DNA from: Octopus vulgaris
Taxonomy: Eukaryota
Length of the DNA: 64,000 bases
Direction: 5' to 3'
Assembly (NCBI GenBank): GCA_951406725.2
Contig: OX597824.1
Location: forward strand, 11,160,001-11,224,000
Shown here: positions 51,453 through 63,317 of the stretch, piece by piece
Numbering within the stretch: position 1 is the stretch's first letter
Layout of the letters: each line of letters opens with the position of its first letter
The notes under the pieces: generated by a model
The model's database searches: none
What the model saw: only the letters and a program-made list of their open reading frames with translations
What the model was told of the DNA's origin: nothing
Position numbers and translations under genes: made by a program

Positions 51453-51689
51453 GAAGGCGGCGAGCTGGTAGAAACGTTAGCATGGCGGGCAAAATGCGTA
51501 GCCGTATTTCGTCTGCCGCTACGTTCTGAGTTCAAATTCCACCGAGGTCAACTTTGCCTTTCATCCTTTCGGGGGTCGATAAATTAAGTACCAGTTATGC
51601 ACTGGGGTCGATGTAATAGACTTAATCCCTTTGTCTGTCCTTGTTTGTCCCCTCTGTGTTTAGCCCCTTGTGGGCAATAAAGAAATAGG
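51453..51689 (+). mobile_element. SINE family B
   Basis: TSD TATTTTACAC (51438-51447, 51690-51699). Confidence 0.9.
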
Positions 51690-51845
51690 TATTTTACACC
51701 ACATACAAACACGCTTCCTTGCTTCATGCTCTTGGTTGATGGGGCTGGGATCAAGTCTGGTGCAACCATCGGGTTCGCCAGACCTCAGTCAAATCGTCCG
51801 ACCTATGCTAGCATGGGAAGCGGACGTTAAACAATGATGATGATG

Positions 51846-51942
51846 ATATATATATAATATACACACACACACACATATATATATATGTAGGTATGTACAT
51901 ATATGTATGTATATATGCATATGTTTTTATATATTATTTTGT

Positions 51943-51981
<39 letters not shown>

Positions 51982-52287
51982 CACACACACATATATATAT
52001 ATGTAGGTATGTACATATATGTATGTATATATGCATATGTTTTTATATATCTGAGTTTTGTTGCCGTTCATATATATATATATATATATATATATAACAT
52101 ATATACATACACAACACACACAACAGATTTTGTTGAATTTTCTGCTGCTTAAACATACACACATATATATATATATATATATACATACACATATATACAT
52201 ATATACACACACATATGTGTGTGTGTACACATACATATATATATTTGTATATATATTTCATTAAGGCATTGCAATACTAATAACCTG

Positions 52288-52327
<40 letters not shown>

Positions 52328-52335
52328 ACACACAA
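51846..52335. repeat. TA/CA microsatellite block with an internal ~70-bp duplication
   Basis: ...ATGTAGGTATGTACATATATGTATGTATATATGCATATGTTTTTATATAT occurs twice. Confidence 0.85.
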
Positions 52336-52818
52336 ACATGAAACCTGATGCACATACACAGTGTATATGTGTGTGTGATGATGATGATGTGTACATCAGG
52401 TATGTCTATGTGTATGTTGTATGTGTTTATATATGTGTACACACACACATACATATTTATAAACATGAAACATGCGTGTATCCATATTATGTAGTGTGAT
52501 AAGTGTGTGCTTATATGAATGTTCACGCACACATTAAACAGGGCACTGTAACAGCCATAACCACAACAACAATATTGTGACATTTGCCAAGAATATCAAA
52601 TTGGCTTATGTTGCTCCATTTGATTCATGTAATGAGAGGATTTGATGTTGCCGCTACAGACCACCGCCGCCATCACAACTAAACTAATATGAACTACATT
52701 ACCACCTCCACCACCACCACCACCACCACCACTGCTAACATCTACACTTCTTCAGAACCACAAGCCAACGAGTGTGTCTCTACTTGGTTGCTCAACATGC
52801 TAGAAATAGTAACCAAAT

Positions 52819-53228
52819 AGGCGTAGGAGTGGCTGTGTGGTAAGTAGCTTGCTTACCAACCACATGGTTCCAGGTTCAGTCCCACTGCGTGGCACCTTGG
52901 ATAAGTGTCTTCTGCTATAGCCTCGGGCCAACCAAAGCCTTGTGAGTGGATTTGGTAGACGGAAACTGAAAGAAGCCCGTCGTATATATGTATTTATATA
53001 TATATGTGTGTGTGTATATGTTTGTGTGTCTGTATTTGTCCCCCCAACGTCGCTTGACAACCGATGCTGGTGTGTTTATGTCCCCGTAACTTACCAGTTT
53101 GGCAAAAGAGACTGATAGAATAAGTACTAGGCTTACAAAAAATAAGTCCTGGGGTCAATTTGCTCGATTGACTAAAGGCGGTGCTCCAGCATGGCCACAG
53201 TCAAATGACTGAAACAAGTAAAAAAAGA
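52819..53228 (+). mobile_element. SINE family A, full length
   Basis: Matches 24884-25292. Confidence 0.92.
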
Positions 53229-53516
53229 GAGAAAGAGAGTAAATCTCTTCTTCAGATCATGCTGTACCGTATAGGTGTGGTTAAGAAGCTCCCCTCCCAA
53301 CCATGTAGTGTCAGGTTCAGTTAGACTAATAACCTGGTTTATATATGTATGTACACACACATATATACATATTTATAAGCATGAAACATGCAGGTGTCCA
53401 TATTATGTAGTGTGATAAATATGTGATTATATGAATGTTCATGCACACACATCAAACCAGGGCACTGTATTAGCCATAACCACAACAACAATATGACATT
53501 CACCAAGAATATCAAA

Positions 53517-53922
53517 AAGGTGGCGAGCTGGCAGAATCGTTAGCACGCCAAGCGAAATGCTTAGTGGTATTTCATCTGCCATTACGTTCCGAGTTCAAAT
53601 TACGCCGAGGTCGACTTTGCCTTTCATCCTTTCGGGGTCGATTAAATAAGTACCAGTTACGCACTAGGGTCGATATAATCGATTTAATCCAATTATCTGT
53701 CCTTGTTTGTCCTCTCTGTGTTTAGCCCCTTGTGGGTAGTAAAGAAATAGGTATATCGTCTGGCGTTACGTTCTGAGTTCAAATTCCGCCGAGGTCGACT
53801 TTGCTTTTCATCCTTTTGGGGTCGATAAATTATGTACCAGTTACGCACTGGGGTCGATATAATCGACTTAATCCCTTTGTCTGTCCCCTCTATGTTCAGC
53901 CCCTTGTGGGCAATAAAGAAAT
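53517..53922 (+). mobile_element. SINE B dimer
   Basis: TSD AAGAATATCAAA (53505-53516, 53923-53934). Empty paralogous site at 52589-52600. Confidence 0.93.
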
Positions 53923-54574
53923 AAGAATATCAAATTGGCATATGTTGTTCCATTTGATTCATGTAATGAGAGGATTTGATGTTGCCACTACAGACAGCTG
54001 GCACTGTGTAGCATCTTGGTCAAGTGTCCTCTATGATAGACCCTGGGTTGACCAATGCTTTGTGAAAGAGTATGGTAGACAGAAACTGTGAGGAAAGCTG
54101 TCATATGAATATATGTATGTGTGTATCATTGTTTGTCCCTAACCATCACTTGACAACTGGTGTTGGTTTGTTTACATCCCTCTAACTTAACCGGGTTGGT
54201 AAAATAGATCTAATAGAATAAATCACGATATTACGGTATCAACCAGACTTTTGGATGTTGTTATACATCGCTGGTCACAGTTCACTTTGCCTTGTTTTAG
54301 TTTTCGAATAATGCCACCCCGCTGGCTAGGCAAGCAGGCCAACATCCCACCTGATTGGGAGACTAGTCCATAGCAGGGTTACCCTTTTACAGCTGAATGG
54401 AATGGTGCAACGTGAGAAAGAACACAACATTTTGAACCCAACTGTTTTGGTGTTACTTGGAGTCACTGATTCCATGCTAACTTACTTGACAGACATTCTA
54501 ATGCTTCTCTCATTCTTTCTCTTGTTCTCTGTGTTTATGTGTGTGAACATATTTCTCTTTGTATGAAGAGAGGG

Positions 54575-55092
54575 TACCATAAATCCTCAAGTATAATCCG
54601 CATTTTTCCCCAAAAAATTTAAAGGTCAAAATCCCTAATGTGTATTATATACGAGGTTAAAAATGAAAATTATTTCCTAAGCAATATCCGAGTCTCTATT
54701 TGCTGTCCGGCAATGTTTATTCAGACGCATTTTGTGATGTCGGGCGCGAAAATACCTTAAGCTAAGTCTGAAAGCAATGAAGTCATAAAAGAATCATCCA
54801 TGACTTGCAATAAGCAACATTTATTAAACGTTATTACTGTTATTTCTTTTATTTTCTGCAAACAAAATGCACAAAAAAGCTACACGTTTGCATTATGTTA
54901 TATATACAATAATAATAAAGGACGTTACCGTATATAGTTTTACACACCAAGGATGTTATATAGACCTCCTTGACTCAAGTAAGAGAAGGGGTGCGTATTA
55001 TACACAAGGTTTAGGTTTTTCAGAGGTACAGCCCCCTAAAAATCCCCTGCGTATTATACTCAAGGGTGGACTATACTCGAGGATTTACAGTG
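54575..55092. mobile_element. pogo/Tigger-like MITE
   Basis: TIRs TACCATAAATCCTCAAGTATAATCC / GGACTATACTCGAGGATTTACAGT. Confidence 0.7.
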
Positions 55093-55144
55093 AGTGCTTA
55101 TGTCAATTGCATTCAATTAATAAATTGGAATCTCTCTCTGTGTA

Positions 55145-55414
55145 CAGTGGTCCTCAACCAATAGTAAATTGGTGATCCACAGCAGTATTTTAAGGGTCCA
55201 TTAAAACATTTCACTTCAGATGTATTTATTGTAAAAAAAACAGGCAGCTTTCTTTCTTTAATGTTTTACGTAGCATGTTTCCGATCACTGATTCAGAATT
55301 TTGAAAGAATTGTCTATGAAAGTAGTTCTTAAACATCAAATGGCTTTGGGGATCCACCAGAGTAAAATAGTAATTAAAGGGGGTCCATAGGTAAAAAATG
55401 GTTGAGACCCACTG
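55145..55414. mobile_element. hAT (Charlie-like) MITE
   Basis: CAGTGGTCCTCAACC / GGTTGAGACCCACTG. Confidence 0.7.
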
Positions 55415-55436
55415 ATCTAATATGTTTGTGTGTATA

Positions 55437-56262
55437 ATGTCTTTCTCTATATGTGTATGTGTGTGTGTAAGTATCATTATCAATGTTTAATGTCCGTTTT
55501 CCATGCTAGCATGGGTTGGATGGTTCGACCTGGGTCTGGGAAGCCAAGAGGCTGCACCAGGCCCCAATCTGATCTGGCAGTGTTTCTACAGCTGGATGCC
55601 CTTCCTAATGCCAACCACTCCTTGAGTGGAGTGGGTGTTTTTTATGTGCCACCGGCACAGGGGCCAGAGGAGGCTGGCAACGGCCACAATCGGTTGGTGC
55701 TTTTTACATGCCACCAGCATGGAAACCAGTCAAGGCGGCGCTGGCATTGGCCACGTTCGGATTGTGCTTTTTATGTGCCACCAGCATGGGTATCACAACT
55801 ACAATTTCCATTTGATTTTTATTTTGATGTTGATGTACTTGATTCATTAGGTCTCCTGAAGCACAGCAGGTTGCCCTACAATCCAAGGTAAGCACAGCAG
55901 GTCGTCTTTCAAAGTGCAGGAAACAGATCGGGACATGTTACAGTCTTATAATTACCTCATCAACAAAGTATACATGATAAATAGTGATGGGAAAGGTACC
56001 CTACAATTGCCAAAGTCATTAAAACAATATTAGTCAATGACGTACATTGTTTTATTTTTTTCTCACTGTCTTTCTCTATATCAGTGCGCGCGTGCGTGCA
56101 TAAGTATCATCATTATCATCATCATCTAACATCCGTTTTCCATGCTAGCATGGGTTGGACGGTTCGACCAGGGTCTGGGAAGCCGAGAGGCTGCACCAGG
56201 CCCCAATCTGATCTGGCAGTGTTTCTACAGCTGGATGCCCTTCCTAACGCCAACCACTCTGT
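55437..56262 (-). mobile_element. Family C copy (about 55475-55875) and a local duplicate of its tail plus flank (about 56067-56262)
   Basis: Both share the flank TGTCTTTCTCTATAT...TAAGTATCAT and the variant GGTTCGACC.GGGTCTGGGAAGCC. Confidence 0.8.
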
Positions 56263-56509
56263 GTAGTGGTTTGCTTCCAGCACCAAAAAGTACTGTTGTC
56301 AAAACAGCTGGGCCACATCATCAGCATCCAAATAGCTGCGCCCACTCATCTCATTCTGCACCCTGGTGCAACATAGATTTTTTGAAAATATAATTTAAGG
56401 CTTTGGAAAAGCTATATTCATGCTTGGGCATCTTGAATAACATGTTCCTCATAATTTTGTCATACACAACTATGGTAAGCAAGTAGTTTTCTATATTTTT
56501 CTATAATTA

Positions 56510-57005
56510 TTAAGCCTTTAGTTACCATATTTTTTTTAATTAGAATACAGTATTTCAATTAATTTTGAAAATAATGAAGAATTTAATAAAATTTTGTCAT
56601 GATGAAGTCAATGTTTGGAACTTAAATCAATATAAAATTCTGATGAAAAGTTTTAATTTAGATCATTTTATAAACGAGAAGTTTGTATCACAGAACTGGA
56701 AGCCAGGAGAATTTCAGATGAGTCGGCATCAAAAGGATTAACTTTCTTTGCTAAGTGCACCAGTAATTTTCTTTATTTAACCCTTTGGTGTTCAAATTTC
56801 TCTATTAAATGTAATACTTTTTCACTTAAATTGTTTTGAATTAATCATGCATTGTGTTTATAGCTTTGAGGTTTCAATGATATGATTGTTTATTTTTAGA
56901 ATGTTACTGTAGGTTAGGTGTGAAAGGCTAGATATGGCCAATTTGAATATAAAACATATAGAATATTTGAGCCAGATATGGCCGGTTTAAACACTAAAGG
57001 GTTAA
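56510..57005. mobile_element. Two adjacent piggyBac-type MITEs (degenerate E-like, about 56510-56741; family F, 56777-57005)
   Basis: TTAA-CCCTTT...AAAGGG-TTAA for F. The E-like copy has decayed TIRs. Confidence 0.75.
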
Positions 57006-57711
57006 TCTCCAGTCAATATGATTAAGATCCCACCCCATAGTAGGTATATAAGCCAACAACAAAGCCTCACCTAACCGACAAGAAAAACAGTCAGTTGCAC
57101 TTTAATAAAATGTATATTTGCTAACAATCATTATATTACACTATGTTTGAATAATAATAATAAAAAATTGGGATGGTTATTGCGGGAATACCTTTCCTAT
57201 AGATCTGCACTATATAATGACTTTTTATAAAATTCTCTAAAGAACAGAACTTTAAAAGTAATTTATCCAAAAATTCAGTAAATTCTCGTGACTATTTCAT
57301 TTAGATGTTAATCAACTCATGCATGGTTGGTTCCTGCAGTAATTTAATATAAGCTGTACATCTATGAATTTGCAAAATTAATGTTTCATTATTTTTCCCA
57401 GCACAGACAGACACACTCTAGCAGGTGCCTACATACCTGTAATTTGCCCCCGATGTTAAAAAAGGTTAACCCAACCCACTTCAGCTCTGTGTGATCATTC
57501 AACCTGCAGAGCTGGGAATAAACAAAAGTAACATTTATATCTCCCCCACTTAACCCTCCACAGTTTTTTAGTTCTGCACACAGTGTTTTGATCTTTATCA
57601 TTCAGGTATCAGGTGTGTTTGTGTGTGAGTGTGTGGGGGGTGAGAAGGACAGGACACAATGTAATACCATCGATAGGATATGAACTTCAGACATTTTCCG
57701 GCTCATTTACT

Positions 57712-58083
57712 CATTTACTTGTTTCAGTCATTTGACTGCGGCCATGCTGGAGCACCACCTTTAGTCGAGCAAATCGACCCCAGGACTTATTCTTTGTAAG
57801 CCTAGTACTTATTCTATTGGTCTCTTTTGCCGAAATTACGCTAAGTTACAGGAACGTAAGCACACCGCCATCAGTTGCCAAGCGATGTTAGGGGGACAAA
57901 CATACACATACATACATATATACGACGGGCGTCTTTCAGTTTCCGTCTACCAAATCCACTCACAAGGCTTTGGTTGGCCCGAGGCTATAGTAGAAGACAC
58001 TTGCCCAAGGTGCCACACAGTAGAACTGAACCCAGAACCATGTGGTTGGTAAGCAAGCTACTTACCACACAGCCACTCCTGCA
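57712..58083 (-). mobile_element. SINE family A
   Basis: Full length. Confidence 0.9.
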
Positions 58084-58678
58084 CTTGTTGAGTTAGTTTT
58101 CTGTATGTGATTGGGTTCCATAAAGGACCAAGTTGAGAGAATGCTGAACAACCGAGGGATGAGCGGTTCATTTCTGGCCACAGGCAGTATACAATTCATG
58201 ACCAGGACACTAGAGTCCCAATGGTTCAGTCAGAATGAAAGAATATGTTTAGCCTTCTTGCTGAGAGTTAGGGGATGTCTCAGACACAATCACTACTAGC
58301 CATTCTTTGTACCTTCACATTTTCTTCAAGATGAATAGGATTGGTGGGTCCCAAAATCTCTTCTCAATTTTACTGTCAGTGTTGACTCCCTTAGTATTTA
58401 CCTTTTTTCAGGTGCTCAAAGGTGGAAGAAAAGCAGTGGTGCAAGTACCACTACAAAATTTAGTGTTTCATTAGTACACAGAGCCAGATGTTTGTAAGAA
58501 AAGAGTGTAGTTAATTGATTCACCCTCAATACACAACTGGTACTTATTGTATCAACCCAGCAGTGATTAACGACAAAGCTGTTGCTATGTCAACTATAAA
58601 TAAACAAATCGATGATCAAAAGCATCACAAACATAACCTCTGTGTATGTGTGCATGTATGTATACATATACGTGCTCG

Positions 58679-58712
<34 letters not shown>

Positions 58713-58720
58713 TATTACAC

Positions 58721-59095
58721 TTTTACTCTTTTACTTGTTTCAGTCATTTGACTGTGGCCATGCTGGAGCACCGCCTTTAGTCGAGGAAATCGACCCCAGG
58801 ACTTATTCTTTTGTAAGCCCAGTACTTATTCTATCGGTCTCTTTTGCCAAACCGCTAAGTTACGGGGATGTAAACACACCAGCATCGGTTGTCAAGCGAT
58901 ATTGGGGGGGACAAACACAGACACACACATATATATACGACAGGCTTCTTTCAGTTTCCATCTACCAAATCCACTCACAAGGCTTTGGTTGGCCCGAGGC
59001 TATAGTAGAAGACACTTGCCCAAGGTGCCACGCAGTAGGACTGAACCCGGAACCATGTGGTTTGTAAGTAAGCTACTTACCAGACAGCCACTCCT
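58721..59095 (-). mobile_element. SINE family A
   Basis: Full length. Confidence 0.9.
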
Positions 59096-59525
59096 ATATT
59101 TCAGACAGTAAATCTTTCTTTCTTAAGACGGTAGGGAAAGATTTGAGAGAAATTTAGTTGCTGTTTGTAGCAGGTCAAATGAAGATATAAAGCAATAGTG
59201 AATAACTTTATTTCCATCCCTTTGGGCAAATTAGGAAGAGAGGAACCTGTTGATGGAGTGTGTGTGTACTGAGAAAAATAATAAAGTTTTAACATTATAA
59301 ATTTATAGCTATGCAACTTATATTAATTAGTAGAAATGCACAGCCTTGTTCATACCAAAAAAATACAATCACATGAATTTGCTATCTGTTGGATAAATTG
59401 CTATAAAAATATTAATTTTTTAGGAAATATCATAAAAGTCACACAGTGCATGGACCTTTTCCTTGAAAAGACACACCTGTATGCAAAATTTCATCTACCT
59501 GGGGGGAAAACCACAGCCTATATAT

Positions 59526-59731
59526 ACTCTTTTACTTGTTTCAGTCATTTGACTGTGGCCATGCTGGAGCACTGCCTTTAGTTGAGGAAATCGACCCCAG
59601 GACTTCTTATTTTTTGTAAGCCTAGTACTTATTCTATCGGTCTCTTTTGCTGAACTGCTAAGTTACGAGGACGTAAACACACCAGCATCGGTTGTCAAGT
59701 GATGTTGGGAAGGACAGACACACAAACGTAT

Positions 59732-59771
<40 letters not shown>

Positions 59772-59933
59772 GTGACAGGCTTCTTTCAGTTTCCGTCTAC
59801 CAAATCCACTCACAAAGCTTTGGTTGCCCGAGGCTATAGTGGAAGACACTTGCCCAAGGTGCCACGCTGTGGGACTGAACCTTGAACCATGTGGTTGGTA
59901 AGCAAGCTACTTACCACACAGCCACTCCTACAC

Positions 59934-59934
<1 letters not shown>
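59526..59934 (-). mobile_element. SINE family A
   Basis: Full length. Confidence 0.9.
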
Positions 59935-59972
<38 letters not shown>

Positions 59973-60357
59973 AATGTTTGCTTTTATGTTATTATCTTTA
60001 CTATAGGCACAAGGCCTGAAATTACAGGGGCGGGGGTGAGTCAATTACATCGACCTCAGTGCTCAACTGGTATTTATTTTATTGACCCCAAAATTGCCCT
60101 TCCTAATTGTCAACTGCTTTGCAGAGTGAACTGGGTGGTTTTTATGTGGCACCAGCACTGGTGAGGTCTGCTTTGGCATGGTTTTTATACAGCGGGGAGC
60201 CCTTATTAATGTCAGCCACTTTATATATACATACACACACGTGTAACCACTTAGTCCCCTCCCCTAATTATAGGCCTTATGCCTATAGTTGAAAGGATTA
60301 TATTATAAATATACATACTCTACTTAATGCATTGAGTACTCTCATACTTTCTCTCTC

Positions 60358-60753
60358 TCTCTTTTACTTGTTTCAGTCATTTGACTGCGGCCATGCAGGA
60401 GCACCGCCTTTAGTCGAGCAAATCGACCCCAGGATTTATTCTTTGTAAGCCTAGTACTTATTCTATCATCAGTCTCTTTTGCCGAACCGCTAGGTTACGG
60501 GGACGTAAACACACCAGCATCGGTTGTCAAGCAATGTTAGGGGGACAAACACAGACATACAAACATACACACACATACATATATATATATATACATATAT
60601 ACGACAAGCTTCTTTCAGTTTCCGTCTACCAAATCCACTCATAAGGCTTTGGTCGGCCCGAGGCTATAGCAGAAGACACTTGCCCAAGATGCCACGCAGT
60701 GGGACTGAACCCGGAACCATGTGGTTGGTAAGCAAGCTACTTACCACACAGCC
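60358..60753 (-). mobile_element. SINE family A
   Basis: Full length. Confidence 0.9.
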
Positions 60754-62122
60754 AATGTACCGTAAAATATATAGCAAAAATGACGACTGGCATATAACTT
60801 CAAGATTTATGCTGGTGAAATCCACTGCACAGTTGTTGCCTTTGCTGGTTTGTTCTTACATCTATGGAGCAGTAAAATACAATGTTAGCCTCACTTTAGG
60901 GCTCCTTAGTTTGAAGGGCCTTAAAATTTAAAAGGAATAGGTTTTGATTTCTGAAATCTTCTGGTGAAAAATTTATAGCTAGAGGACCTTAACCCTTTCG
61001 TTACCAACCCGAACCTGATATCGTTTAGGGCCTCAGCAAATTTAATTCTTGCACTGTATATATATATATATGTATGTAGGTAATTTATGAATATGAACAG
61101 GGTAGGTGGGGAATTAAAATTGTCGACAGTCGGATGTCACAGCTAAATGCGTTCATCTTGAATATTTTAACTTAAAAAAACTCGTAGTCTTCACAGAAAT
61201 TATTGCCTACTTACATGGCCCCTTCTCTTAGGATGATCGTGTAAATCCCAGTAGAGACTGGCTACAAAATGTCTATGACAACTGCCCGTCCTCTCCTGCC
61301 TGTAAGGAATAAGACCTCCACAGACACAAAAAAAAAAAGAAAGCAACTGTAGTCCGACAACCATAGATTACTCAAGGTCCCACAATAATCATTAGGCTTC
61401 GAATAGATGCAGCGAAAAGTGACAGAAGTGGAGATTGCCAAATATGAACTACAAACTTCACAGACATGACTGTTTAGAGTAAAATACAACTTTGGTTGTG
61501 ATGACGGAAGACAACATTGACTTTCACATTATATATACATATAACAATAAGGGTTTTTGCAACAAGTTGCGTGACCACACACACACACACATATAAGTAC
61601 CAGAGAGAGGAAGGTCTTCCTTCCGGGGAAAGAAATTTTGTACTTCACCGCTCACTCTAGTTTCAATACTAGACACATAACTGAGCAAGCAATGAAAACA
61701 GGATACAAGTGGAGTAAACAGGAATGAATTCATTCATAATAGTGATTTCGTATAATAATAATAGCACACGGTCACAAATAGACTATCCAGGCGTATCGAA
61801 TATTAAAAGGGAGCGTCATAGCGATTTACAAGGAAATAAAAATTATCTTTTCCCAAACGGATTTGGTAAATTTTTACAAGTACACCCTCACGCGGTTTGC
61901 AAAGAAAACTCCCTCTCGGTAAATAGATAGGTAGGTGTGTGCGATTAATTAGCTGTGAAATCACATAAAGGCCTCAATAGCCTAGAGTTTCTTGGAAAAG
62001 CACTTGTCAAACACCTCATGGAACCATGTGTGTGTGGGTGTTAGCTGACAAACTAATATCAAAGTAAGAATTAATATTTATACAGTTTATCATATGATTT
62101 CATTAGACTGCAGCCAGTAACG

Positions 62123-62159
<37 letters not shown>

Positions 62160-62166
<7 letters not shown>

Positions 62167-62290
62167 GAATTTACAAAAAAATAAAAGACGGGTGTGTAAA
62201 CAGTAAACAGATGTTTAACGCTCGGGAAGTGAGGGAATCTTTGTTTCGAGCCTACGCTCTTCGACAGAAAGGAACACAGAAATAAACACA
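62160..62290 (-). mobile_element. Penelope-like fragment with decayed hammerhead-like fold
   Basis: Minus strand TTTCTGTCGAAGAGCGTAGGCTCGAAAC, flanked by (TA)n/(TG)n. Confidence 0.55.
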
Positions 62291-62312
62291 TATATATACA
62301 TATATATATGTA

Positions 62313-62360
<48 letters not shown>

Positions 62361-62729
62361 CTAAAATCTTCGACATCGATTTTATTCTATCCAAGATATT
62401 AGTCATAATAAGCGCCAATTTGAGACAGAAAACGGATAAATAGCTGACTGACGGAATTCGAACCCAAGCAAGCAATAGGCATCTCACTGGGTCCGTTATT
62501 TGTTGCTTTTTATCTCTGGTTGGTGCTTATAGCATATAAAACACACACACACATACATACATACATACATACATACGCGCGCGCGAGATGGTGTGTGTAT
62601 AGGAATTCATAGGTATAAATATCTATTAAAAAAATGCAGGGCTATTTGATTAAATAACTTCAGGAAGAAAAGTAAAACGCCAGCAATAATAATTGATAAT
62701 GAATGTATAAAGAAATAAAAGAAAAATAC

Positions 62730-63317
62730 CCTTTTTCGACGCGACTTCAATTTCTTATCGATTTTGGCGGAAGACGGAGTAATTTCTTCGATTGGGACTT
62801 CGACATCTGGAGATGTCTGGCATTGCTTGATATGGTCGGAGCTTCCTTTATGTTCGGAAGTTGCTGTACATTCTAAGTTTACACTTTGGTAACCGACTTG
62901 ACCTAGCACTTCGATTTTATCTGCTTCTTCTTGAACATGATGGTAAGACGGTCTCTTTGCAGAGAGTGCATTTTTAATATCCGTAATTGTAGAATTCTTT
63001 GTGGGGGTGATGGAAGATGGATATGCTATCGGAAAGTCCGAACGATGAAAGCCAGCATCAGGTTCATCAAACCCTTGTCTCATGGACATCGCGGAAACAG
63101 AGGAATTAGGTGTTTTGTTTTCAATCCTGTTAACATTTGGGGGTTCGTTGGAGATAGAGGTATCGGTAACACTAGCACAGTAAACGCCTGTTGTTGACAT
63201 CTCTACTTCACTTTCATCACAGATTTCTTTCAGTTTCGAATACGGTGCGCGATTCCAAACAGGCCTAATGTATCTTTTGTGGAAACCTACAGCCGTATCC
63301 CAGATTTTATGCCACAT
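62730..63317 (-). CDS. First coding exon (196 codons) of an uncharacterised protein: MWHKIWDTAVGFHKRYIRPVWNRAPYSKL..., S/T/E-rich probably disordered middle, ending ...KKLKSRRKR
   Basis: Longest non-repetitive ORF in the window, with higher GC/CpG than its surroundings. After AAAAGG the sequence reads GTATTT (GT at 62729-62728, phase 0) and the reading frame turns into T-rich intron-like sequence. No domain recognised. Confidence 0.85.

Noticed and set aside
62607-62729. Hydrophobic C-terminal 40 aa of the 236-aa ORF read as a transmembrane anchor
   Set aside because: It begins exactly at a GT donor and is T-rich intron sequence. It would matter only if intron-retaining transcripts were shown.
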